From Eledone cirrhosa (Eukaryota), in NCBI GenBank assembly GCA_964016885.1, contig OZ024754.1, positions 37,510,001 to 37,574,000 of the forward strand: a stretch of DNA of 64,000 nt. The letters run 5' to 3'. A program made the position numbers and the translations under genes. Position 1 is the first letter of the stretch. Each line of letters begins with the position of its first letter. Positions 42,555 through 56,605 of the stretch are shown in pieces. A model generated the notes under the pieces. It did not search any database and was not told the origin of the DNA. It saw only the letters and a program-made list of their open reading frames with translations.

Positions 42555-43352
42555 TTAAAACTATTTCAGTTTTACTGAAGCTAGTATTTTTAATATAAAC
42601 TATACAGTTACTGTTAAAACTATAACAGTTTTACTGTAGCTAGTATTTTTTAATATAAACTACATAGTTACTGTTAAAACTATAACAGTTTTACTGTAGC
42701 TAGTATTTTTTTATATAAACTACATAGTTACTGTTAAAACTATAACAGTTTTACTGTAGCTAGTATTTTTGAATATAAACTATACAGTTAGTTAAAACTA
42801 TATCAGTTTTACTGTAGCTAGTATTTTTGAATGTAAACTACATAGTTACTGTTAAAACTATATCAGTTTTACTGTAGCTAGTATTTTTGAATGTAAACTA
42901 CAGTTACTATTAAAACTATATCAGTTTTACTGTAGCTAGACTTTTTTAATATAAACTACAGTTACTATTAAAACTATATCAGTTTTACTGTAGCTAGACT
43001 TTTTGAATATAAACTATACAGTTACTGTTAAAACTATTTCAGTTTTTCTGTAGCTAGTATTTTTGAATATAAACTACAGTTACTGTTAAAGCTATTTCAC
43101 TTTTGCTGTAGCTAGTATTTTTTAATATAAACTATACAGTTACTGTTAAAACTATTTCAGTTTTTCTGTAGCTAGTATTTTTGAATATAAACTACAGTTA
43201 CTGTTAAAGCTATTTCACTTTTGCTGTAGCTAGTATTTTTTAATATAAACTATACAGTTACTGTTAAAGCTATTTCACTTTTACTGTAGCTAGTATTTTT
43301 GAATATAAACTATACAGTTACTGTTAAAGCTATTTCAGTCTTACTGTAGCTA
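42555..43352. repeat. About 60-bp tandem satellite flanked by Meta-type SINEs (42405-42555, 43368-43565)
   Basis: ttaaaactatttcagttttactgtagctagtatttt..aaactatacagttactg, about 13 units. Confidence 0.9.
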
Positions 43353-45147
43353 GGGACCTTAAAGGTCGTGGATTGGCAGAATCAGTAGAGCATCGGACAA
43401 CATGCTTTGCAACATATAGTTACAGCCCTTTAAGTTCTGAATTCAAATCCCACTGAGGTTAACTTTTGGGTCGATAAAATAAAGTACCAGTAATGTACTG
43501 GGGTCGATTTCATCGATTTTCCCCTCCCAAAAATGTATTGGTCTTGTGCCTATATCAGAAATCATATCTACAGAATATATAGAATTGTGATTCCATTAAA
43601 ATATTAAGTTTGTAGTTACCTACCTCTGGACTACACATACATTAACTTTTATTCAAGCAGGTTAAGGTCACTTTAGGCTCTGTATATGTCAAGTTATAGC
43701 ATTTAATTTTAGAATCTCTAATGGATGTCTATATTTGTCAAATACTTTGTTTTTCTGTTAATCGTATTACAGTTTTCATGAAATATAAAAGAAAAGCATA
43801 TGTATCCTCACACAAATAAAAGCAACTGTCAACTTATTTATCGAGAGTTTTCGTCCAATTTGTAAAATGGAATTATCCAACCTCCAAGAGCCTAGAAATG
43901 AAATATTTAGGTTAATTGAAATCTTCAATTAGGTGTAAACCTGTTTCAAATCAGAGATATGTTTGATTATATTTGTGAACTGAAAGGATTTTTCAAGTAG
44001 GCTTATTATAAAATGCGTAGATGATTAATGAGTTTTAAACATCCAAAGTATAATTGTAAATCATCATTATTCAGCCTATATGTCAGAGAACACTTAAGTC
44101 ACACCTAACTTGTTAATACATCATTATATTCTTATTGCTTTGTTTGGGAAAATTATGAAATAAGAATAATATAAGAATCAAACAATAAGGTTCGGTAAGT
44201 GTACTTGTATAAAGATTGTTCACATAATTACAATTGGTAAAAATCAAATTAGGATTTGGACAAAGTAATCAGAGAATAAAAATGTAATGAGTAATCCAAC
44301 AAATTAAAGACACAATAATTAAGGAGAATTTCGTGAAAACAATCTCAAACTAAACTGTCATGAATGATAGATCGGTCAAGCAAAATGTTAACTGATGTGA
44401 TAATGTCTCAACACAGTGGCCATAAATTACCAGTAACATAAAATAAAACAATAGAACTACGCCTTATCTAACAGTATTAAAATAATAAAATACAGATTAA
44501 TGGTTAACACAGATCTTGTTTCGAACATTCAATGATATCCTTCAATTGTGAAGACCATGAAATCGTGATTTTTATGTGTAAAATGAAATGTTATACAAAT
44601 AATCAAATAATGAAAGTCGTTACAGTGATATTGGAATTCAATCTGGTTGTTTATAGCTTAAATGATTCTTAAACTGACTTTTTACTTTGATATAAGGGGC
44701 AGCTTAGTGTGGTGGTTCTTGTAGTCATATCCCTTCGTTTAAGGCAAGAAACCAGATATCTATCTAACAAACAAAGTTGAGATGGAGGAGAGAGGTGAGA
44801 TGGGGCGAGAGGGAGAGAGGTGAGAAAGGGAGAGAGGGAAAGAGAGTGGGGTGTACCAAAGGAAACAGAGTGAGTGAGTGTTTGTTCTAGAATATCAAGT
44901 TGCCAAATACTATTTTGTTCCCGCTAGCATTTTAATATTAACTGCGCCATAATAAAAGTGGAATTAGGAAGCATGATGTCATGTTATCAGCAAAAAAAAA
45001 ACTCTAATCAAAACCAAACAACACTGTGAAGAGAATAGCCTGTGGTACACCCCAGATCATGCTTAATTATTATAGTGAGTAACTAATATTTCAGTTTGAT
45101 CATGTGTCTTAAAATTAACAGGAAAGTTGTTCTGCTCCACTGACATT

Positions 45148-45563
45148 GATTGGCAGTATCGGTAGAGGGTCGGATGCCATGCTTTGCAGCATAGGGTTAT
45201 GGCCCTTTATGATCTGGGTTCAAATCCTGCCGAGGTTAACTTTGTCTTTAAATCCTTACGGGGTCGATAAAATAAAGTGCCAGTCACGCACTGGGGTGGA
45301 TTTAATCGACCTTACCCTCTCCCAAAATTTCTGGCCTTGTGCCTATATAAGAAACCATTATTATTCTATAGCGCGGCGGATTGGCAGTATTGGTAGAGGG
45401 TTGGACGCCATGCTTGGCAGCACAGAGTTACGCCCCTTTATGATCTGAGTTCAAATCCTGCCGAGGTTAACTTTGCCTTTCATCCTCACGCAGTCGATAA
45501 AATAAAGTACCAGTAATGCACTGGGGTAATTGCTGGCCTTGTACCAAAAGTAGAAACAATTAT
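45148..45563 (+). mobile_element. Two tandem Meta-type SINEs
   Basis: two full copies. Confidence 0.85.
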
Positions 45564-46182
45564 TATTCTATAGCATCAATAGATTTGTTCTTAAATATTT
45601 AACAATTTTAAAATCAATTGATGGAATGAATTAATGCAGCAATAAAAGTGTGAAATGGTGGCATTTTAACAGAGGAAGAAAAAAAATACAGAGAAAAAAT
45701 AGTAAGAAATAGAAATATAATCAAAATGTAAAAATCCATTACTTGTATTGATCTGATTGGCATTAATTGATAAATATTTGTAAAGAAATTCGCCATGATA
45801 ACATCAAAGTAATTAGACAAACATTTTTTTTTTTTTAATAAGTAAACAAAATGAACAAAAAACATACGAAACACAAGTAATAACTCATATATGAAAATCT
45901 AAACATTTTCAGATAAAAACAAGATTTCTAGTTTAAGAGAAGCTTTCATATATTTTATCTGAATCTGTAAGAAAACAACAACTAATCGGATTTTCTAAAG
46001 ATATGTTGTATTAATGCTAATGGTAAATCCGGAATTATATTTTAGGCTATCAAAATTAAATGATGACTTTTAATAACCACTGGAGACATAGTTCTTGCTG
46101 GTTGTTATAAAATGGTTGAATTTATGATGAATATAGTATTCCAAGTATGAATGTCTTGTATTTCTCTTTTTGTCAGATATAG

Positions 46183-46520
46183 CATCATCATCATCATCAT
46201 CATTTTACGTCCACTCTTCCCTGCTTGCAAGGGTGGGACGGGTCCTATTCAGCACAGTATCGTCATCTCCTCCGTGAGCTTCAGCGATCTGAGGTCTGCT
46301 CTCACCACCTCCACCCATGTCTTTCGTGGTCTTTCTCTACTGCGTCTTCCTTCTACTGGGATTACTTGGAACTTCTTTACCCAAGAGTCATCCTCCATGC
46401 GCATCACATGTCCAAACCACCGCAGTCGTCTCTACCGCACACTACAACTTATCCCTCTTAAATACAGTTTCTCCCTCAACTCGTCCATGCTTGGTCATTC
46501 ATGTACATTGACATTGCATG
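46183..46520 (-). mobile_element. RTE LINE 3' end
   Basis: RRLRWFGHVMRMEDDSWVK..RPRKTW.EVV..DL; (GAT)n tail. Confidence 0.85.
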
Positions 46521-46539
46521 AATATATATATATCTAATG

Positions 46540-47115
46540 TCTAAAGTCTGTCTTAAGCCAGAAAGCTCATTTGGCTGGTTTTTATCCCAGTTTCATGGCG
46601 TGAAGCGACTGAGAATACAAGACTTCCCCCTGGACAGGACACCAGTCCATCGCAGAGTTAAATCCCCAGCTATTGCTGGTACTCTTTTTTTTCAGCTGAG
46701 TATACTGGAGCAACGTGAAATGAAGTGTTTTGCTCAAGAACACAACACGCAACCCAGGAATAGAACCCACAACATTATGATCGTAAGTCCAACACCCTTA
46801 CCACTATGCCATGTGCCTCCACACACATGTGTGTGTGTGTATATATATATAGGAGGAAGTTGTAGTTGGCCTTACAACTACAAACGTTTATATATATATA
46901 TGTGTGTGTGTGTGTGTGAAAGCTCACACCTCTGCAAGTTTAGCTGGCCTCCTCCAAGGTATATCTCGTTGGAGGTGTCTTGGGTGATTTAATGATAGGG
47001 ACCCAAGTCCTATAATCTCATTTCTACAGCTGAGTAAACTGGAACAACGTGAAATAAAGTGTCTTGCCCAAGGAAACAACTCATCACCCGATCCGAGAAT
47101 TGAACTCTCAACCTT

Positions 47116-47181
<66 letters not shown>

Positions 47182-47227
47182 GGTGCATGGCTTAGTAGTT
47201 AGAGCATTGAGCTTGCAATCGAAAGGT

Positions 47228-47230
<3 letters not shown>
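46540..47230. mobile_element. CORE-type SINE cluster
   Basis: copies at 46540-46822 and 46915-47115 (minus); inverted head at 47178-47230. Confidence 0.7.
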
Positions 47231-47292
<62 letters not shown>

Positions 47293-47326
47293 CTTTTGTC
47301 ATGGCTCCAGGGGGAATATGTGTATA

Positions 47327-47371
<45 letters not shown>

Positions 47372-47454
47372 GGATCCATGACAAAGAGCCCAACCCACAC
47401 TATAGTGGTCATGTAGGTGTCATGACAAAAAGCATCCAGCTATGGGCTGTGACC

Positions 47455-47597
47455 AAGATCGCAGTGTCAGCGGCCCGTTGAGGAGGGAGCCCCGCAAGGT
47501 TGGGTGGCTGTTGCAGCAGGTGTCACTGGCCATCGTCCGGGGGAATGCTTTTGCCATCTTGTCTGCGGGGCAGAGCACTCCTGCCCTCTTGCCCTAG
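47455..47597 (+). mobile_element. CRE-clade retrotransposon C-terminus
   Basis: RREPRKVGWLLQQVSLAIVRGNAFAILSAGQSTPALLP*. Confidence 0.7.
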
Positions 47598-48774
47598 GCC
47601 CAAAACCCAATTACCTTCCCCCTTCAACCCTGCGACACCAGAGCTCTTGCCATCCCCTCCCTTTCCCGTTCTTTTTCTTCTTTCTTTCTCTTTTTTTTCT
47701 TCTATATTTCCCTATTCTTTCTTTCCTTCTGTTTCCCCTTTCTTTATTTTTTCTTACTAAATAAGGCTTTTTTTTTTTTGCTTTTGAATAAATTCATTTA
47801 TGATATTTATTGATTTAGGAAAATAGAAATCCTTCCACCCACAAGTAAAAATGATAGTTTAAGATAGTGATAACATATTTAATGAATTGATGATCATAAA
47901 TTGATGATCAATGTTGGTTATTACTTTGGAAAATATAACAATAATTACATGACAGGGAAAATAGATTATCTCACAACAGAGAATTTATATGTTTCATGTA
48001 ACTCAAATAGGAATACCAAATACCAATAATAGATGAACAATCAAATGCTTCAAGCAATTATATTGCATAATTTCTTGGCAACAAATCTCTCACAAACATC
48101 AATAAATTGCTCTTGTTTCAACATACAATCTCAAATCAAGCCATTTGCCAAACAAATACATCTCTGAACTCTGTAAATTCGAAGTTCTTGAAGACATTCT
48201 TTCCAGTTGATTAAAAGTAAATGTAGTGAGAGACCTGAGGCTACAGTGTTAGCAATAAAATGGAGAATATTTTGGTTTTGAAAAGACCCTTGAATCTGAA
48301 TGAGCTTGTGACATCATCTCTAGTACTGGGGCCATAATAAAAATACACTCACTACACTCTGTGAGGTGGTAATACTAGAAAGCCAAGAAAAAATATCAAA
48401 ACATCCAGGACACCCTTTAAGGTGGATAGTATTAATGAGAGCATCCAGCTATAAAAACTATGCCAAATAAGGAACATGCGAACAAGATGATTATGATGAC
48501 AATCACATGATCACTACACAGTCTCATGACATTGACACAGTCACATGACATTGACACAGTCACATGATGACATCAACACAACGTACTTGGTATTACACAT
48601 GATCTCTATTGTGATTGTCTCAGTTTCAAAATCAACAAGGTGAAATGTGCATTCAAGAATGGTTTGCTAATTTGTTGTGGAACTAACTCTATACCAAACT
48701 CATCCTCTCGATTGGGTGCTCGACTTACTATGGATATAACCTCCTAGATTTTTTTTTACTACAATATAAGCACT

Positions 48775-49105
48775 TGGCTTAGTAGTTAGAGCATTGGCCT
48801 TGCAATCGAAAGGTTGTGAGTTCAATTCTCAGACCGGGTGATGTGTTGTTTCCTTGAGCAAGACACTTTATTTCACATTGCTCCAGTTTACTCAGCTGTA
48901 GAAATGAGATGATAGGGACTGGGGTCCCTATCATTACACTGCAAAGTGGTCGTGTAGGCGCCACGGCAAAAAAGCACCCAGCACTCACTGTAAATGAGGT
49001 TGGTGTTAGGAAGGGCATCCAGCTGTAGAAATCAAGCCAGAATCAGTTCCCGTCCCACCCTTGCAAGCAGGGAAAAGCGAACGTAAAATGATGATGATGA
49101 TGATG
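48775..49105 (+). mobile_element. CORE-type SINE with RTE-type tail
   Basis: tRNA head, CORE, ggaagggcatccagc, cccgtcccacccttgcaagcaggg, (GAT)n; near-identical copy at 53279-53545. Confidence 0.8.
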
Positions 49106-49140
<35 letters not shown>

Positions 49141-49299
49141 TATATCATCATCATCATCATGGTTTAACGATAGAAATATCAATATCAATATTGCAATATT
49201 TGCAAGCACTCAAGCCGACACTGTTATGACTATGTTATCTTTTTCATCATACTGTATGCATAAGGAAAGACAGTATCATCATCATTATTATCATCATCA

Positions 49300-49795
49300 T
49301 AGGGCGGTGAATTGGCAGTATCGGTAGAGGGTCGGATGCCATGCTTTGACGCATAGAGTTACGGCCCTTGCCATTCTGAGTTCAAATCCCGCCGAGGTTA
49401 ACTTTGCCTTTCATCCTTACGGGGTCGATAAAATAAAGTACCAGTAATACACTGGGCAATTGCTGGCCTTGTGCCAAAAGTAGAAACAATTATTATCATC
49501 ATCATCATCGTTTAACGTCCGTCTTCCACGCTAGCATGGTTTAGACAGTTAGGTTCTATTTGATGCGGGAATGGTCGGGAGATCGTGTCTCGCTCTCCAC
49601 TTGTCATGGTCCTTCGTCATCTCCTCGGTGAGTTTCAGCGATCTGAGGTTTGCTCTCACCACCACCGCCCATGTTTTTCGTGGTTTTCCTCTACTGCGTC
49701 TTTCTTCAACTGGCATTTCTTGGCACTTCTTCACCCATCGGTCATCCTCCATGCGCATCACATGTCCATACCATCACAGTCTCCTCTCCCACACA
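49300..49795. mobile_element. Meta-type SINE (plus, 49300-49495) and RTE 3' fragment (minus, 49500-49795)
   Basis: YGHVMRMEDDRWVKKC..GKPRKTW. Confidence 0.8.
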
Positions 49796-49938
49796 CAATA
49801 TATAGAATATATAGAAATCCCTCTCATTTGTTATGAGCACAACAAATCAGAGGGATTTCTATATATTATATTATATATATATATATCATCATCATCATCA
49901 TCATTGTTTAATGTCTATCTTCCACGCTAGCATATGTA

Positions 49939-49990
<52 letters not shown>

Positions 49991-50774
49991 TGAGTGAGTG
50001 TATACAAACACTTACTATTGACCGTTACAAGAATGGGTACTCCGAGATTAATATATTTTTGTCTGACAAACATGTGGGTACACAGGAATGTACTCTTGTT
50101 ATCCAGAGTAACAAGACTCAAGCTTGGACTTAATAAAGAATATGTGTGTGTGTATGTGTGTGAGAGAGAGAGAGAGAGAGAGGGTGTGTGTATGTGTGTA
50201 TGTGTGCGTATGTAAAAGTATGTGCCAACATATGTATGTAGGATGTTACTTTCTGTGTTTATTTGAGTCCATATGTCTAATCCTTATGACAAATAAAGAA
50301 GAATTTAAACCAGACGATGTTGGTGATGACAATGTTTATATGTGTCTATGCGTAGATTTGAAATATGCCAAAGGCAGTGGTTGGGTGAGAAAGTAATTCT
50401 TCATAATCCCCAGGAGAAATATGCCAAAGACAATCAGTTTTCTTGGTCCTATCTAATGATTGAAGTCAACACTTATTAAACACGAAACTAAAACATCGAA
50501 ATACAATCTTTAGTTGGAAAAAAATCAATCAGTTTGCAATCACCTTCTGTGATTTTTTCAACAATATTATTTGCAAGCATGCCAAAATGAGATGTAGTGA
50601 TAAAATTATTTTTAGCTTCTAAAAGAAATATATCTACTCTCTCAGGAATAGAATAGATATGTTTGCAACAATAAAACTAGTCTTATAGTCAACCAATTCC
50701 ATACGGTATTGTTTGAATCAAAGGAGACACATCAAATTACCTGGTTTTATTCTTAAAAAGAAAAAGGAAATGGA

Positions 50775-51445
50775 GCTGATCGTCAGATGAGACCAAGGAA
50801 ACTATATTTCCATTGTTGATACTCTCTGGTGGCCACAACTTCTGCCAGAATAAAGGATATAATCATCAGATAGGACCAAGAAAACTGATTCCTTAACTGA
50901 TTCTATCCAGTGGTAACAACTTCTGCCAGAAGGAAAGAGCTAATCATCAGATAGGACCAAGAAAACTGATTCCTTAACTGATTCTATCCAGTGGTAACAA
51001 CTTCTGGCAGAAGGAAAGAGCTAATCATCAGATAGGACCAAGAAAACTGATTCCTTAACTGATTCTATCCAGTGGTCGCAACTTCTGGCAGAAGGAAAGA
51101 GCTAATCATTAGAGAGGACCAAGAAAACTGATTCCTTAACTCAAGCACGTCAAACTGAGGGTCACCTGAGGGTCACCCAAGGGCCACATGGGTTACATAT
51201 ATGTTGTCTGAGGGCCACACATGACAACTAATTGCGCACATTACAACAATTTTTTTTATTTCATATTACGAAGATAAAACACGCTTGCACTGTAAAAACC
51301 TTCGTGCAGGCCACAGGTGTGCTTGTAAAGGGCCACATGTTTGATATGCCTGCCTTAACTGATACTATCCAGTGGTCACAACTTCTGGCAGAAGTGAGGG
51401 GCCATTCATCAGATTAGACCAAGGAAACTATATTTCCATTGTTGA
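50775..51445. repeat. 81-bp tandem repeat interrupted by a MITE
   Basis: units start at 50861, 50942, 51023 and 51104. Confidence 0.85.
51142..51352 (+). mobile_element. hAT-type MITE, same family as 3278 and 30132
   Basis: 8-bp TSD CCTTAACT; TIRs caagcacgtcaaac / gtttgatatgcctg. Confidence 0.85.
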
Positions 51446-51757
51446 TACTAACTGGGGATCATAATTACTGACAAAAATATCCCCGTTTTTCAGGCGACTG
51501 GAGAGGGATTTTGTACTCAGAACGCATGGAACTAGAACAGATTCCACTAAGTCCCCTAAGTATCTCATCCAACATTTTAATAATGGAGGAGGATGAGGAG
51601 GAGGGGGGGATGTAGTGAATTTAATCAGCTGCAGTGTTGATTTGACATATAATATCGATTCTGCCCAGAAATATGACAAGGAAAGTATCAAATATCTAAC
51701 TTAGAACTGAGAACCTAAAAGAGACACAACTGACAAGCAAAAATATATTTTGATTAA

Positions 51758-52074
51758 CTCTTAACATCCAGTAATAATTTAGCAGACAATATCTAAATAT
51801 AGGTTTGTCAATTCAAATGTGTATAGCATCTTTATTAGTGGACAGAGTTAACAGTTAACTTCCAGAAATGATTAGGCAGAAAATATTTAAAAACAGGTTT
51901 TTCAATTCAAATGTTTATAGTATCTTTCTTATTAGACAAATTGTTTTGAAAATTTGCAGTATCAGGGTAAAGGTTTTAAATTTTCATGTAATGAGTTGTA
52001 GTGATTTTATTTTTATTTTTATTTTTCAAGAATGCCTTGCTAATGCGTTTGTATGTGGTACAGGACATTAAGAG
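51758..52074. mobile_element. piggyBac-like MITE
   Basis: TTAA-ctcttaacatccagta ... tacaggacattaagag-TTAA. Confidence 0.55.
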
Positions 52075-52084
52075 TTAAAATACT

Positions 52085-52478
52085 TGGATCGAGATATTTG
52101 GCGCCGTGCAGTTGTACAGAAGACCCGACTGCCATTGCATACAAATCTACAGTCAGTAAGCACCTCTTAACCCTAGGTACACCCTACCCCACACACCCTG
52201 CCCCATCCTCCTTTTCCAGTTCCGTCCACTGGGTCGATGACACAACAGCCCACACTGTAAGGTGGTTGTGTAGGTGACACGGTAAAAAGGCTCCCAGTCC
52301 ACACTGTAAATGTGTTTGGTGTCAGGAAGGGCATCCAGCTATAAAAAAAACCTGCCAAAGACACTTCCGTACAAGCGAGACATGGTCTCCCGACCATTCC
52401 CGCGTCAAATGGAACCTAACCGGCTAACCCATGCTAGAGTGGAAGATGGATCTTAAACAATGATGATGATGATGATGA
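52085..52478 (+). mobile_element. RTE LINE 3' end
   Basis: DRDIWRRAVVQKTR plus 3' UTR homologous to 30718-31060; (GAT)n tail. Confidence 0.8.
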
Positions 52479-52977
52479 TACTGTCTCTCCTTATGCATAC
52501 AGTATGATGAAAAAGATAACAGATTCATAACAGTGTCAGCTTGAGTGCTTGCAAATATTGCAATATTGATATTTCCAAGTGATTGATTACTTTGATCACA
52601 TTGATCAGATCTAATTATATATCATTTGATTGAATTAGAAGATAATAATCGAATATCATATTTTCTTCTCGTGGGAAGAGAGTGAGAATTAATTTCGAAA
52701 TAATTAACATCACAGATTAAGGGACCAAATGTTGGGGAGGGGCTGCCTTAGTAGAGTCGGTAGAGCATCAGATAGCATTCATTGCAGTGTTTGTTACATT
52801 TTTCTGAGCTCTGAGTTCAAATCCCACCAAGGTCAACTTTGCCTTTTGTCCTTTCAGGGTCAAGATGTAAAGTACTAGTTCAAATATTATGGTTGATCAG
52901 TCACACTCCCCCACCCTAACTGTCTATCTATCTATGGCTAATAAAGAAATTTATCTATATATATACCTATCTATCTA

Positions 52978-53014
<37 letters not shown>

Positions 53015-53015
<1 letters not shown>

Positions 53016-53700
53016 ATTGTTTCTACTTTTGGCACAAGGCCAGCAATTACCCCAGTGCGTTACTGGTACTTTATTTTATTGACCCCGTAAGGATGAAAGG
53101 CAAAGTTAACCTCGGCGGGATTTGAACTCAGATCATAAAGGGCCACAACTCTTTGGTCTGAGAACTGAACTCACAACCTTTCGATTGCAAGGCCAATGCT
53201 CTAACCACTAAGCCATGTGCCTCCATTATATATATATATATATAATATATATATATATATTATATATATATATATATTGTGATGTGTTGTTTCCTTGAGC
53301 AAGACGCTTTATTTCACATTGCTCCACTTTACTCAGCTGTAGAAATGAGATGATAGGGACTGGGGTCCCTATCATTCCACTGCAAAGTGGTCGTGGAGGT
53401 GCCACAGCAAAAAGCACCCAGCACTCACTGTAAATGAGGTTGGTGTTAGGAAGGGCATCCAGCTGTAGAAATCAAGCCAGAATCAGTTCCCGTCCCACCC
53501 TTGCAAGCAGGGAAAAGTGGACGTAAAATGAAATGATGATGATGATATATATATATATATCATCATCATCATTTCATTTTACGTCCACTTTTCCCTATAT
53601 ATATATTGTGATGTGTTGTTTCCTTGAGCAAGACGCTTTATTTCACATTGCTCTACTTTACTCAGCTGTAGAAATGAGATGATAGGGACTGGGGTCCCTA
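53015..53700. mobile_element. Rearranged SINE cluster (Meta-type and CORE-type pieces in both orientations)
   Basis: fragments joined by TA tracts. Confidence 0.75.
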
Positions 53701-54029
53701 TATATATATAATGTGGAAATACCCACTTTATAAATAAATGTTAAAATCCTACCAAGATCAAAACTTTGCCTTTCCTCGTTTCAGGCCTAAGAAGTAAAGT
53801 ACTGGTGCAAAAGTGGGGCCAAATTTGAAAGAAATCCCCTACAATCTGATGGGACCATAACAACTGTAACTGGAATTGGAGGACATGAGGCAAAACATGT
53901 GTACAGACATAACAATCACTGAGATGACATATTGTATGGAGTTGTTGAGGAACTGTAGGGGTCCACAGTGTTTCTGGGGCATTTTAAGGCTAGCGGAACC
54001 CATCCCTGCCCCAGGCCTGAACGCAGCAG

Positions 54030-54713
54030 ATGGTGAAGGTGATGATGATGATGATGATGATGTTGATGGTATTGGTGATGATGATGGTGGTGGTGATGAT
54101 GATGATGCTGATGGTGGTGATGATGGCGGTGATGATGATTGTGATGCTGTTGGTGATGATGGGCGATGGTGATTGCAATGATAATTGTTGTGGTGATGAT
54201 GATGGTGATGATGGTGATGGTCGTGATGGTGATGATGATTGTGGTGATGGTGATGATGTTCATGGTGATGGTGATGATGGTGATGGTCATGGTCATGGTG
54301 ATGATGATGGTGATGATGGCAATAATGGTGATGATGATGCTGGTGATGGTGATGATTGTGACGGTGATTGTGGAGATGATGATGATGATGATTGTGGTGG
54401 TGATGGTAGTAATGATGATGATGGTGGTGATGATGATGGGTGATGGTGATGATGATGATGGTCGTGATGATGACGGTGATGATGTTGATGGTGATGATGA
54501 TTGTGGTGATGTTGATGGTCATGGTGATGAGGATGGTGATGATGGCAATAATGGTGATGATGATGGTGGTGATGGTGATGGTGATGGTCATGGTGATGAT
54601 GATGGTGGTGATGGTGATTGTGGTGATGGTGATGGTGGTGATTGTGGTGATGGTGGTGATGGTGATGATGATTGTGGTGATTGTGGTGATGATGGTGGTG
54701 ATAATGGTGATTG

Positions 54714-54752
<39 letters not shown>

Positions 54753-54832
54753 CGGCAATTATGGCGATGATGATGGCGATGATAGCGACAATGATGATGA
54801 TGATGATGATGATGATGTTGATGATGATGATA
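54030..54832. repeat. (GAT/GGT)n low-complexity tract
   Basis: direct observation. Confidence 0.95.
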
Positions 54833-55002
54833 ACTTCCATCTTTAATTTATTTATTATATTTAATTGTAATCCCTAAAACCTAACGAAGTATTCTATTCA
54901 GCTGACTTTGAAATTTTGTTTGAAATTACTTTAAAATGCAATTGATTCATTTACTCTCAAGAAAATGCCGCAGGATTATTAAGATTTCACTTTTCTCCTA
55001 TA

Positions 55003-55630
55003 TTGATAATTTTATATTTCTACATTGATAATTTTATATTTCTACACTGATAATTTTACATTTCTACACTGATAATTTTATATTTCTACATTGATAATTT
55101 TATATTTCTACACTGATAATTTTACATTTCTACACTGATAATTTTATATTTCTACATTGATAATTTTATATTTCTACATTGATAATTTTATATTTCTACA
55201 TTGATAATTTTATATTTCTACATTGATAATTTTATATTTCTACATTGATAATTTTATATTTCTACATTGATAATTTTATATTTCTACACTGATAATTTTA
55301 TATTTCTACATTGATTATTTATTATTGAAAATTTTATATTTCTACATTGATAATTTCTATTTCTATATGAATAATTTATATTTCTACATTGATAATTAAT
55401 TTTATATTTCTACATTGATAATTTTATATTTCTACATTGATTATTAAATTATCTATGTAGAAATATAAATTATCAATATAATCAATGTAGAAATATAAAA
55501 TTAACAATGTAGAAATATAAATAATCAATGTAGAAATATAAAATTATCTCCTATATTGATAATTTTATATTTCTACTTTGGTAATTTATATTTCTACATT
55601 GATAATTTTATGTTTCTACGTTGACTATTT
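55003..55630. repeat. 22-bp tandem repeat with an internal inverted block
   Basis: attgataattttatatttctac units; reversed units at about 55445-55548. Confidence 0.9.
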
Positions 55631-55713
55631 GATTCATGTTTGTTTTTTTCTTTACACAAGTTTAAAGTGATGATGGGAATGGTGGTGGTGGTGGTGGGGA
55701 ATGGTGGTGGCAT

Positions 55714-55747
<34 letters not shown>

Positions 55748-56041
55748 GGTGATGGTTGTAAATGGTGGTGATGGTTGTAAATGGTGGTGGTGTTAGTAGT
55801 AGTAGTGGTAGTAGTAGGCGGATTACTTTGAAGGAGAAAACTCTTAGTGTGAAGTTTGGGTTTGAAATAAATCTTTTGTGACATCAGTCCTGGAACTTTT
55901 CTGACCCTCCTCGTATGTGTATATATTGATGGGTAAAGGGCCGCGAGTCTTGTTTTAAGTGCCGAAACATCTATGATCCGCAGTAAACAGCTGATGAAGG
56001 GCAACTTTTCTTCTTTTGTTTACGTCCCTATTACCTTCTTA

Positions 56042-56098
<57 letters not shown>

Positions 56099-56127
56099 AT
56101 CAAAAGATGGGTTAAAAGAGTTCCATG

Positions 56128-56198
56128 TATTTTATTATGCGCATTTCAAAAACAAATATCATCATGACATGATACTTGCGTTCTCATCAGATCAAATA
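56128..56198 (-). ncRNA. Type I hammerhead, family K
   Basis: tatttgat-CTGATGA-gaacgcaagtatcat..atgatatttgttttt-GAAA-tgcgca-TA-ataaaata. Confidence 0.65.
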
Positions 56199-56333
56199 GG
56201 GAGACATGATATGAAGTTTAAAAAACACTTGCGAGCAGTGAAGTGTTAAATCTACATATATATATATATATATATATATGTGTTCTGTTATTAATTCTGG
56301 CAACATTACTCAAATATGACCCTCCCCAAGTAT

Positions 56334-56365
<32 letters not shown>

Positions 56366-56419
56366 CAAATTTTGTTTTCACTCTAACATACCAGATACGT
56401 AAATATATTTGTGAGTGAA

Positions 56420-56605
56420 TAATTGTTTCTACTTTTGTCACAAGGCCAGCAATCATCCCAGTACATTACTGGTACTTTATTTTATCAACCCCGTAAGGAT
56501 GAAAGGCAAAGTTAATCTCAGCGGAATTTGAACTCATTCTATAAAGAGACATAACTCTATGCTGGAAAGCATGGCGTCCGACCCTCTAACAATACTGTCA
56601 ATCCA
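56420..56605 (-). mobile_element. Meta-type SINE
   Basis: full diverged copy. Confidence 0.8.

Noticed and set aside
42555-43352. CRISPR-like regular repeat (also 50775-51445)
   Set aside because: Tandem units without unique spacers, eukaryotic context, no cas genes.
51493-51720. Possible host exon after ttttcag (similar candidates near 56733-56810 minus and 62219)
   Set aside because: Short frames with no recognisable domain and no partner exons.
53839-54877. Asp/Gly- or His-rich ORFs resembling biomineral proteins
   Set aside because: Degenerate trinucleotide microsatellite with no consistent frame.
55925-56044. gccGAAAc ... CTGATGA as a type II hammerhead
   Set aside because: Stems I and III cannot be formed convincingly.
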